15,368 bases of DNA from the NCBI GenBank assembly GCA_018383835.1, contig JAHAWR010000017.1, positions 1 to 15,368 on the forward strand. The letters run 5' to 3'. Below are positions 8,994-15,368 of this stretch, piece by piece. The position numbers and the translations under genes are program-made. The DNA is from Candidatus Jordarchaeia archaeon (GTDB lineage: Archaea > Asgardarchaeota > Jordiarchaeia > Jordiarchaeales > Freyrarchaeaceae). Position 1 is the stretch's first letter; each line of letters opens with the position of its first letter. The notes below the pieces were generated by a model. That model was not told the DNA's origin. It searched no databases and worked only from the letters and a program-made list of their open reading frames with translations.

Positions 8994-9232
8994 CAGGTTT
9001 CCCCCCTAAGACGACCACCTGACTACACCACGACAAGTCTTCACAGCACACCAAAAGTACCGCTACAAAGTGGCTTTTATTTTTGCTAAAAAATTCATTC
9101 TTCTACAAAATTATAGTGCCTACACCGCACCACAAATCCCAAGAAGAACTCCCGCACTTCGACTTCGAATCAAAAGAGTCTTTAAAGAGCCACGCAATGG
9201 TAGTCGATGATGTAACCCGGGTGAGCTGCCGC

Positions 9233-9606
9233 GAAGTCAACCTGATAAGGCACAGGTCGCTGAGAATGCTCAACTCGGTCAAGAGAAGCCTGTTCGAGGG
9301 AGATTACGGCATTGCAGCATGGCTGAGCAACCCCCTCCAGCTACACCTAATTAATACTTGAATTAATCGGAGAAATGCCATCACACATAGCGTCAGAAGC
9401 CTCTTTAAGATTCTCGAGGGGGATTTTTAGCTGAGCAAAGTGGCATGATTGACTTTGTGAGCAATAATAGAGGAATCATCAGACTTGAAGACGCTACCTA
9501 AACTCCCGGTATTTTCCGAAAGAATATGAGAAAGAAAGCTAAGGAGATCGTAGCCTTCGCGGGGAAGGCTGCAAAATTCGTTGAACATCTTAAAAGCAGG
9601 GTCAAG
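9233..9606 (+). pseudogene. HEPN-domain toxin-like remnant, interrupted by stops and frameshifts
   Basis: EVNLIRHRSLRMLNSVKRSLFEGDYGIAAWLSNPLQLHLINT*INRRNAITHSVRSLFKIL follows the HEPN pattern (E.G.Y..A.FLA.Q.LQL.LKA.L...G..P.THS...L) but has an in-frame TGA at 9359-9361. A C-terminal-like KKAKEIVAFAGKAAKFVEHLK appears in another frame at about 9530-9600. Confidence 0.4.
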
Positions 9607-9948
9607 CACTCAATAAACTTGCACAGGAGTAGGCGCCCTTGGACGGGGAAAATATTCGACGTCGCAGAGAAAATCCTAGATTCATGCGAAGTCTACGTGT
9701 TCGGAAGCGTTGCCAAAGGCAGGCCACTAGTGCAAGCGACGTAGACATACAATAGTCAGCGACCAAACATCCGAAAAAGACAGAGGTAACCTTAAAGCAG
9801 ATAGAAGAAGGCTGGCTTCCCTCTCTGCCATCCCTTACAAATACGCCTGGTAACCACCAAAGAATCTAAACAAAACCCCAACACTCCACCACCAAAAGAG
9901 GGAATACCACTCGAAAAACAACCCGCCGAAAAACCACTAGTACAATGA
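9607..9948 (+). pseudogene. Minimal nucleotidyltransferase (MNT, HEPN-partner antitoxin-like) remnant with at least two frame disruptions
   Basis: IFDVAEKILDSCEVYVFGSVAKGR (GS motif, frame of ORF 9526) runs into a stop at 9742-9744. SDVDI(9735-9749) continues in a second frame. IVSDQ, LKQIEE and AGFPLCHPLQIRLVTTKE (9811-9864) lie in further frames. Together they rebuild the usual GSxxxG...SD[IV]D[IL]LIVSD...AG.P...P.[EQ]I.LVT.EE order. Confidence 0.5.
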
Positions 9949-9986
9949 AACCCAAAAATAAGCAACCAAACATCTTCGCAAACAAG

Positions 9987-10083
9987 TGGTAGCGGGGGGT
10001 GGATTTGAACCACCGGTCGAGGCGCCTACACGCAATCTCGGGGTTATGAGCCCCGCGGGATCTCCTGACTACCCCACCCCGCT
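9987..10083 (-). tRNA. tRNA-Met: Initiator tRNA-Met (anticodon CAU) with encoded CCA and a 19-nt intron in the variable loop
   Basis: The reverse complement reads AGCGGGG TG GGGT AGTCAGGAGA TCCC G CGGGG CTCATAA CCCCG AGAT[TGCGTGTAGGCGCCTCGAC]C GGTGG TTCAAAT CCACC CCCCGCT A CCA. The acceptor stem has 7 bp with A1:U72. G29-G31:C39-C41 are the initiator features. The T-loop is TTCAAAT and the D-loop carries GG. A TTTTAT TATA-like box lies about 20 nt upstream (10100-10105 on the + strand). Confidence 0.9.
10016..10034 (-). other. Non-canonical tRNA intron bounded by a BHB motif
   Basis: In the pre-tRNA, CGAG pairs with CTCG as the 4-bp central helix. The 3-nt bulges are ATT and ACC, and the inner helix is GCG/CGC with a 6-nt loop. 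Cutting after the second bulge nucleotide removes exactly 19 nt and leaves a 5-nt variable loop, AGATC. Confidence 0.8.
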
Positions 10084-10413
10084 ACGCTCCACAAAATCGA
10101 TAAAACGCGCAACCTTAAAAACCTTACCTGAAACGCCGAAGCAAAATTATTTCGCGATAATGTTTTGAGCGCTTTTTCCGAGGAGGCATTAGTGCCTAGT
10201 GGATCCGCACCGGACTAACAATCGTTTATGTGAATTTAGCAATAACTGGATTGCAGGGCATTCAGAGTGGTGTATTTTCCCGAAGTTTCTTCTTCCTCTG
10301 CTTGCTTTGTGGCTGGAGGTGGACGTTGCTCATTTTGCTCTTTTGCTCTTTTGGTAGATGCGAAATGTTTTTTTGTTTTAATTGTGGCTTGTGGCTTGTT
10401 GGGAGGGCTTTTG

Positions 10414-11463
10414 ATGGTTCACTGGTGGGCTAGGGCTCCGCTTCTCTATGCCTCTATTTGGCGGTGTAGGGGCTTCGCTCCTCCAGAGGAGGTTGACTTC
10501 AAGCCTACCCTTCGCTGCAACTTGAAGTGTAAGATGTGCTTTCAGAGGAAGCTGACTGAGGAGGATCGTAAGCGTGCGTTAAGGGAGGAGCTCCCCACCA
10601 ATCGCTACTTGGAGTTATTAGAGGAGCTCTCGTCCTTTGGTGTAAAGCGCATCCACATAGTTGGTGGAGGGGAGCCCCTCATGAGAAATGACATCCTCGA
10701 GATCATGGAAGCGGTAAAAAGGTTAGGATTGGAGGGTGTGCTGACTACGAACGGAACCCTCCTTGACGAATCCGTCGCCCACTCACTGGTCGACATGGGT
10801 TGGGACGTTGCGATGTTCTCCGTCGATGCACCGACTCCTGAGGCTTACGGGGAGATTAGAGGCTCCTCTCGCATGTTCGAGCGCGTGCTCGCGGCTATGA
10901 GTGGGCTGACGAGGGTTAAGAGGATGAAGGGGGCTGTGAAACCTCTCCTCCACATTCACTGCGTGGTTACCAACTTGAACTATGATCTGCTCGAGGACAT
11001 GGTCGACTTCGCCCACAACGCTGGAGCGCAGATCCTAACTTTCGACAAGTATTACCCCGAGGATCCGTCCTTAGTGTTGGGGGAACACGAGATCCTGGTA
11101 ATGTTGGAACACTTGAAGAGGGCTGCGGCTAAGGCTAAGAGGTACGGCTTGCTAGTTAACGTGAACGAGTTCCTCTCACTCTACAGGCGCCCCCCAATGG
11201 GGGTAACTTGCTACAGGCCGTGGCTCTCAGCGGACATTAACCATAACGGGGACGTTGTTCCCTGCTGCTACAGCGAGGAGGTTATGGGGAACGTTAGGGC
11301 TAGAAGCTTCCGCGAGGTCTGGAACGGCGAAAAATACAACCAGCTAAGAAAAATGTTCAGGGAGAGGAGGTTCCCCGACTTCTGCAAGGACTGCTTCTTC
11401 TATCCGGGTCTGCTAAACGACATCCCCCTCGGAAGGCAGCTCCACGCTTTAAGGCTCATCTGA
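10414..11463 (+). CDS. Radical SAM enzyme with a C-terminal SPASM/twitch-like Cys-rich domain
   Basis: The CNLKCKMC (CxxxCxxC) cluster motif comes 30 aa after ATG 10414, which has GGGAGGG 6 nt upstream. GGGEPL is the SAM-binding motif. C-terminal cysteines are CYRPW...VVPCCYS...FCKDCFFY. The ORF-track start (GTG 10267) adds 49 aa of T/G-rich low-complexity sequence that I do not accept as coding. Confidence 0.85.
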   Translation: MVHWWARAPLLYASIWRCRGFAPPEEVDFKPTLRCNLKCKMCFQRKLTEEDRKRALREELPTNRYLELLEELSSFGVKRIHIVGGGEPLMRNDILEIMEAVKRLGLEGVLTTNGTLLDESVAHSLVDMGWDVAMFSVDAPTPEAYGEIRGSSRMFERVLAAMSGLTRVKRMKGAVKPLLHIHCVVTNLNYDLLEDMVDFAHNAGAQILTFDKYYPEDPSLVLGEHEILVMLEHLKRAAAKAKRYGLLVNVNEFLSLYRRPPMGVTCYRPWLSADINHNGDVVPCCYSEEVMGNVRARSFREVWNGEKYNQLRKMFRERRFPDFCKDCFFYPGLLNDIPLGRQLHALRLI

Positions 11464-12202
11464 AAAAGGCGTCCAGCCTAACCTTTCTTGTAGGAACCTC
11501 AAAGACCGTTATCCTCTTCGTGGCCGGCAACGCTACGTTGAATACGGGGGCTCCCTTAAACTCGCAGAAGGTTTTTCCCTTATGGGCGTGACCGTGGACG
11601 GCGAAGTCAACTTTTTCCAGCACCGGCTCGTACTTTCTGGACGCCATCTCCGGCCAAGCTGAGGGCTCTTCACCTTCAAGATTGCAGTATGTAGGCGCGT
11701 AGTGTGTTAGCAACCCCCTATACGTCGTATTGAGCCTCAAAACAGCCTCCATCACTTTCTCTGCCCTCTCAGCATATACTTTCCTAATGCCGGGCATATT
11801 CTTAGACTGCCACCAAGTTGGCCTGTCAAGTGAGCCCTTAGAACCCACAATCCCCAAGCTTACACCTTTCACATTCAAAACGAACGCCTCCTCCTCAAGG
11901 AAGATCACCCTCCCGCTGCAAATCCCTTTAAGCTCCTCGTAAAGCTCCTCATACTCCTCGTTTCCGAAGCACGCAATGACTGGCACGTCAGCATGCTCCT
12001 CCAGCGCGTCCAAGATCCGGGGGTACTCGTCTACTTTCCCCTTGTGTATCACGTCTCCCGCAAGCATGAACACGTCCGCCTCCAGCACGTCCTTCACAAC
12101 CTCGAGGAAAAGGTCAAAGTAACGGGGGGAGTGTATGTCTCCAACTGCTGCCACCTTAACTTTAACGTTATCATTCACGTTAAAGCACCCCCAGCCTTCC
12201 AT
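11456..12202 (-). CDS. Metallophosphoesterase (calcineurin-like phosphoesterase family)
   Basis: The motifs appear in order: GDIH, AGDVIHKG, GNEEY, LTHYAP, HGHAH. It overlaps the radical SAM gene stop by 8 nt (convergent). Confidence 0.85.
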   Translation of the reverse strand: MEGWGCFNVNDNVKVKVAAVGDIHSPRYFDLFLEVVKDVLEADVFMLAGDVIHKGKVDEYPRILDALEEHADVPVIACFGNEEYEELYEELKGICSGRVIFLEEEAFVLNVKGVSLGIVGSKGSLDRPTWWQSKNMPGIRKVYAERAEKVMEAVLRLNTTYRGLLTHYAPTYCNLEGEEPSAWPEMASRKYEPVLEKVDFAVHGHAHKGKTFCEFKGAPVFNVALPATKRITVFEVPTRKVRLDAFFR

Positions 12203-12237
12203 CTAATTTTTAACTCCCCCCTCCTCCTTAAAGGTTC

Positions 12238-13314
12238 TTGGTGGCTGGCTTGAAGCCTAGGGAGCGTTTCCTCACTGCGCTGGAGCACGGAGTGCCGGAC
12301 ATCATTCCCCTCTACGACATGGGTATCGATGAAGAGTTGGTGGTCAAGATTATGGGAAGTAGGTACTACAGCTTGGAGCTGAGTGTCGAGTGCCATAAGT
12401 GGCTAGGGCTGGACGCTGTGACTGCGTGGCCGGAGACGTTTCCAGTGTCCTACTTCGAGGACGAGAAGGGACGGAGAGGGTACATAGACGAGTGGGGGCG
12501 CAAAAGAATAATAACAGAGGACGGAACGAAGTGGTATGCTGGTGGCGTCATAGCCACGCGGGAGAACTTCGAGTCGTGGAGCTGGCCTGACCCGAATCTG
12601 CCTGAAAGGTACGCTAATGTCAGGCGGGTGGTTGAGCTCAGCGGCGACTTAGCCACAGTCGGCTTCGTTGGGGGACCGCTTGAGAGGGCTGCTTTGGGGA
12701 GAACACATGAAAGGTTTCTCGCAGACGTGCACGCCAACCCCTCGTTCGTCGTCGAGCACATGAGGAAGGTTTGCGACTACTGGATTGAAGTGGGGAAAAT
12801 AGAAGTAGAGATTGGTGTCGATGCCCTGGTGCTAGCTGACGACTACGCTTACAAGTCTGGCCCCTTCTTCTCTCCGGAGACTTTCAAGAAGCTTGTGCTC
12901 CCTCTCCTGAAGAGGGAGATTTCAGCATTAAAGAAGCTTGGCGTCCGCGTGATCCACCACTCAGATGGATACATTATTCCACTCCTTCCACTACTCGTCG
13001 AGGCAGGCGTCGACGGAGTCCACTCGCTGGAGCCCGCCGCCGGAGTCGACATAGGGCGGGTCAAGGAGGAGTACGGGGACAAGCTCGTGCTGGTCGGCAA
13101 CATAGATTGCGATGTCCTTCTACCGTCATCCTCCCCATACGAGGTAGGGCGAGTGGTTGGAGAAACTATAATGAAGGCGGGGAAAGATGGAGGATACATT
13201 CTTTCATCAAGCAACAGTCTGCACAAGGCATGCAGAGTGGAAAACGTGTTGGCAATGGTTTTGGAGGCGAAGAAGTGGAGGTACGTTGGGTCTACGCCCG
13301 TGAAAATCCACTAA
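12238..13314 (+). CDS. Uroporphyrinogen decarboxylase (URO-D) family protein, MtaA/CmuA-like rather than HemE-like
   Basis: KPRERFLTALEHGVPDIIP N-terminus, then IHHSDGYIIPLLPLLVEAGVDGVHSLEP...VLVGNID...GGYILSSSNSL. This matches URO-D-fold methyltransferase-type proteins. The HemE RQAGR motif is absent. The start is TTG 12238 or GTG 12241. Confidence 0.8.
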   Translation: MVAGLKPRERFLTALEHGVPDIIPLYDMGIDEELVVKIMGSRYYSLELSVECHKWLGLDAVTAWPETFPVSYFEDEKGRRGYIDEWGRKRIITEDGTKWYAGGVIATRENFESWSWPDPNLPERYANVRRVVELSGDLATVGFVGGPLERAALGRTHERFLADVHANPSFVVEHMRKVCDYWIEVGKIEVEIGVDALVLADDYAYKSGPFFSPETFKKLVLPLLKREISALKKLGVRVIHHSDGYIIPLLPLLVEAGVDGVHSLEPAAGVDIGRVKEEYGDKLVLVGNIDCDVLLPSSSPYEVGRVVGETIMKAGKDGGYILSSSNSLHKACRVENVLAMVLEAKKWRYVGSTPVKIH

Positions 13315-14030
13315 ACAGCGATCTTTTTCAGAGCCTCTAATATTACCGCAACATTCTCAACAATCACCCTCGCCCCGGCCTCCTTAAGCTCCTCTCTCAT
13401 CCTACTGGGGGAGAGCACACCTATGGGTGTCGCCCCAGCCCTCACGGCGCAGCTGACGTCCACTGGGTGGTCTCCGACAACCAATACCTCGGAAGCTTTA
13501 ACTGAGAGCTTCGAGAAAACCTCTTCTAGGTGCCGTGGGTCTGGCTTTGGGGCTGACACATCATCTCTCGATACCATGGCGTCTATGAACCTGTCTATGT
13601 TAAAGCGTTTCACCACAAGCATCATAGCTGACCGTTTATTGAGGGTGAAGAGCCCAAGCCTAAACCCCAGCTTCTTTAAGAGGGCGAGCAGCTCTAGGGC
13701 GCCTGGTATCGGGGTAGTTTTGCTCGCCGCCTCAAGTTCAAACTTCTCAACCGCCTCGTCGACCTCCGAAACCAGCTGGTCAACTCGCATCCCCCTTTCA
13801 GCCAAGTATTCCATGCTCCTCTTCAGGTTGTTTAAGATGCTCTCACTGGGGGAGAGCGCCTCCTCGGGGACGCCGTACCTTTTCAGTATGCTAATTACGG
13901 CTATTCTAGCCGAACGGTAATCCATAACCTGGTCGACAAGTGTCCCGTCGCAGTCGAAGACAATGGCTTTCTTCGAAAGTATGAGCTCGGCTAGCTTCCC
14001 CCTCAACCGGCTCCGCCCCTCTTCAACCAC
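13311..14030 (-). CDS. HAD-superfamily hydrolase (phosphatase-like)
   Basis: Motif I is FDCDGTLVD, motif II is LFTLN, motif III is PKPDP and motif IV is VVGDHPVDV. The GTG start abuts the thioredoxin stop, so co-transcription is likely. Confidence 0.85.
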   Translation of the reverse strand: MVEEGRSRLRGKLAELILSKKAIVFDCDGTLVDQVMDYRSARIAVISILKRYGVPEEALSPSESILNNLKRSMEYLAERGMRVDQLVSEVDEAVEKFELEAASKTTPIPGALELLALLKKLGFRLGLFTLNKRSAMMLVVKRFNIDRFIDAMVSRDDVSAPKPDPRHLEEVFSKLSVKASEVLVVGDHPVDVSCAVRAGATPIGVLSPSRMREELKEAGARVIVENVAVILEALKKIAV

Positions 14031-14465
14031 TTAGTTCTTTATGGCTTCCTCTAGAATCTCTTTAAATGACTCATAGTCTCTTGCCCCAGTTATTTTTCCA
14101 AGTATTTTCCCGTTCTTGAACAGTATGAACGTCGGAACCGCCGTGACGTTGAACCTGGTAGCCAGCTCAAAGTTGTTGTCGACGTTAACTTTGCCGAAGG
14201 CGATTTTGCCCGCAAACTCCTCTGCCAGCCTCTCCATCACTGGTTCCATCATCCTGCAGGGGGGACACCAGACGGCGAAAAAGTCAACCAGCACGGGAAC
14301 CATAGAGCGGGACACGAAGTCGTCAAACTCATTCTCATTAAGCACCACGATACCCACCGGCACGTTTGAGCTCAAAGCCTTCTTAGCGAGCTCCTTAAGC
14401 TTCCTCTCCCTTATGCGCTTCAACTCCTTATCTTCTTCGAATTCTTCTTCGCCGGGCAAAAACAC
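14031..14465 (-). CDS. trxA: Thioredoxin with a charged N-terminal extension
   Basis: VLVDFFAVWCPPCRMMEPV holds the CPPC redox motif, and VPTFILFKNG is the cis-Pro loop region. The start is GTG 14465. In-frame TTG 14459 is better spaced from the GGAGG motif. Confidence 0.9.
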   Translation of the reverse strand: MFLPGEEEFEEDKELKRIRERKLKELAKKALSSNVPVGIVVLNENEFDDFVSRSMVPVLVDFFAVWCPPCRMMEPVMERLAEEFAGKIAFGKVNVDNNFELATRFNVTAVPTFILFKNGKILGKITGARDYESFKEILEEAIKN

Positions 14466-14467
14466 TT

Positions 14468-14488
14468 CCTCCTAGTGGCACTAGGAGG
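14468..14488. promoter_or_regulatory. Perfect 10-1-10 palindrome CCTCCTAGTG-G-CACTAGGAGG containing the thioredoxin Shine-Dalgarno sequence
   Basis: The arms 14468-14477 and 14479-14488 are exact reverse complements. On the trx mRNA the 3' arm carries AGGAGG and ends 2 nt before GUG. Confidence 0.5.
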
Positions 14489-14593
14489 ATATGGGCTCTT
14501 CTCTGCTTCTTAAAGTTTTTCTCTTTAAATCGGGCCATCCGCAAAATTTACTAGCCGTAAAAAGCTTAACCTTACTTGTCAGGGGGTGGTTTC

Positions 14594-15368
14594 GTGGCTG
14601 GCGAAGACCTTTACGAGCAACTTCGCCAGATAATGAATAAAGGGGTTTTCGTTAAGCTGCCCAAGCACGCGGCGGTTTACGAGATGTTGAAGGGAATCTT
14701 CAGCGAGGAAGAGGCTAAGCTACTCACCGTCTTCGAGAGGCCTAATCAGCCTCTAACTTTGAGCGCGATCGCCCAGCTTTCAGGTCTCCCCGAAGAAAAA
14801 GCGGCGAGACTTCTCGATGACATGGTGTATAAGGGCAAGCTTCTCAAGGTTGGCGACTTCTACGCACTGCTCCCCTTTGTCCCGGGCCTCTTCGAAGTGT
14901 ACTTCACACACGACAGGGATGACCCTGAGAGGATGACGAAGGCGGCAAAGGCTTACCGTGAGCTCTTCTACTCGGGGCACCCCTTTGAACTGAGCGCGGG
15001 GAGGCATCCTATCTACCGGGTTATACCGGCGGTGGAGCCTGTAAAGAAAACCATCGAAATAAGCAAGACACTGGGCTTGGAGCGACAAGTCATGCCCTAT
15101 GAGGTTCTAGAGGAGTACCTTTCAAAGGCGAACCTCTTCGCGGTCGTCCCGTGCAGCTGCAGGAACGCTGCGAAGTACGCTGGGGAGCCGTGCAAGCGCA
15201 CCGAAGAGAACTTTTGCGTGGCTGTCGGCTTGCTGGCGAAGTCCGTTATAGAGCAAGGCGTGGGAAGACAGGTCTCCTTCGAGGAACTAATGGAAATTAT
15301 GAGGCGTGCCGAAAAGGAGGGTCTCGTCCACGAAACGATAAACATACAGGAGACGGCCGCATCCTATG
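14594..15368 (+). CDS. Putative Fe-S cluster-binding protein with an N-terminal winged-helix-like segment; 3' end off the window
   Basis: GTG 14594 has AGGGGGTGG 5 nt upstream. The frame then stays open to the window end: VAGEDLYEQLRQIMNKG...LTLSAIAQLSGLPEEKAARLLDDMVYKGKLLKV...AVVPCSCRNAAKYAGEPCKRTEENFCVAVG...EGLVHE. The CxC-x10-C-x7-C cysteine cluster is as in proteins annotated as 4Fe-4S binding. It is absent from the ORF track because it is open-ended. Confidence 0.8.
   Translation, partial: MAGEDLYEQLRQIMNKGVFVKLPKHAAVYEMLKGIFSEEEAKLLTVFERPNQPLTLSAIAQLSGLPEEKAARLLDDMVYKGKLLKVGDFYALLPFVPGLFEVYFTHDRDDPERMTKAAKAYRELFYSGHPFELSAGRHPIYRVIPAVEPVKKTIEISKTLGLERQVMPYEVLEEYLSKANLFAVVPCSCRNAAKYAGEPCKRTEENFCVAVGLLAKSVIEQGVGRQVSFEELMEIMRRAEKEGLVHETINIQETAASY

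Noticed and set aside
9792-10168. ORFs 9792..10013 (-) and 9986..10168 (+)
   Set aside because: Both run through the initiator tRNA-Met gene and its flanks, and neither shows a coding signature.
10195-10202. The 8-mer CCTAGTGG shared between 10195-10202 and the thioredoxin palindrome (14471-14478)
   Set aside because: A single 8-mer recurrence in about 15 kb read on both strands is within chance expectation, and the flanks do not extend the similarity convincingly.
10170-10235. tRNA-like words (GCCTAGTGGAT, CCGGACTAACAATCG) and the hairpin AGGCA-TTAG-TGCCT, considered as a split-tRNA half or a tRNA-derived att-site remnant
   Set aside because: I could not build an acceptor stem, D arm or closed anticodon stem (CCGGA has no TCCGG partner). 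I also found no duplicate of the neighbouring tRNA-Met sequence.
10267-10413. The 49-aa N-terminal extension of the radical SAM ORF from GTG 10267
   Set aside because: It is translated T/G-rich low-complexity sequence with tandem repeats. ATG 10414 has a well-spaced GGGAGGG and leaves a normal distance of about 30 aa to the CxxxCxxC motif.
3326-13920. Other internal or antisense ORF-track entries within the annotated genes (for example 3326..3538, 3452..3808, 4622..5059, 5170..5583, 6285..6683, 7272..7490, 7716..8078, 8533..8910, 10605..11016, 11730..12253, 12175..12396, 12399..12761, 12849..13226, 13423..13920, 14116..14475)
   Set aside because: Each is nested in, or antisense to, a longer ORF with recognisable family motifs. 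Their products are biased towards Ser, Pro, Arg or Leu, as expected for off-frame translation.
14491-14640. A 49-codon ORF starting at ATG 14491, right after the AGGAGG of the palindrome
   Set aside because: The spacing between AGGAGG and the ATG is only 2 nt. The product is hydrophobic and low-complexity, and the ORF overlaps the start of the better-supported Fe-S protein gene in another frame. The AGGAGG is explained by palindrome symmetry.
14780-15345. ORFs 14780..15088 (-) and 15097..15345 (-)
   Set aside because: They are antisense to the open-ended + strand CDS (14594 onward), which has a ribosome-binding site and clear Fe-S and wHTH-like motifs.

Overview
Archaeal chromosomal segment, apparently from a hyperthermophile. 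Supporting signs: TATA-box promoters, an A1:U72 initiator tRNA, bulge-helix-bulge (BHB) RNA processing motifs, a four-subunit 2-oxoacid:ferredoxin oxidoreductase, and frequent GGAGG ribosome-binding sites. Most of the window is compact housekeeping coding sequence. It holds a thiolase (partial), a porGDAB-type oxidoreductase operon, an ArsM-like methyltransferase, a radical SAM/SPASM enzyme and a metallophosphoesterase. It also holds a URO-D/MtaA-family protein, a HAD hydrolase, a thioredoxin, a partial Fe-S protein, a large polytopic membrane protein and two orphan hypothetical genes. The standout is at 1466-1624. This is a 5S rRNA gene whose 3' half is encoded before its 5' half. A 15-bp leader/trailer stem and a BHB splicing-endonuclease motif flank it. 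Cleavage at the canonical bulge positions followed by end-joining would give a 122-nt circle whose junction reads exactly as the conserved 5S sequence CCGAACACGGAAGUCAAGCC. Helix I is closed by a C(UACG)G tetraloop, so there are no free helix-I ends. I therefore propose a circularly permuted, possibly permanently circular, 5S rRNA that standard rRNA finders would miss and ORF callers would call as protein. A second BHB substrate is the initiator tRNA-Met at 9987-10083 (-), which carries a 19-nt intron at a non-canonical variable-loop position. Next to it lie decayed HEPN and nucleotidyltransferase toxin-antitoxin remnants. Perfect palindromes sit in three promoter or 5' UTR regions. One of them would sequester the thioredoxin Shine-Dalgarno sequence. 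No CRISPR array, IS element or transposase was seen.
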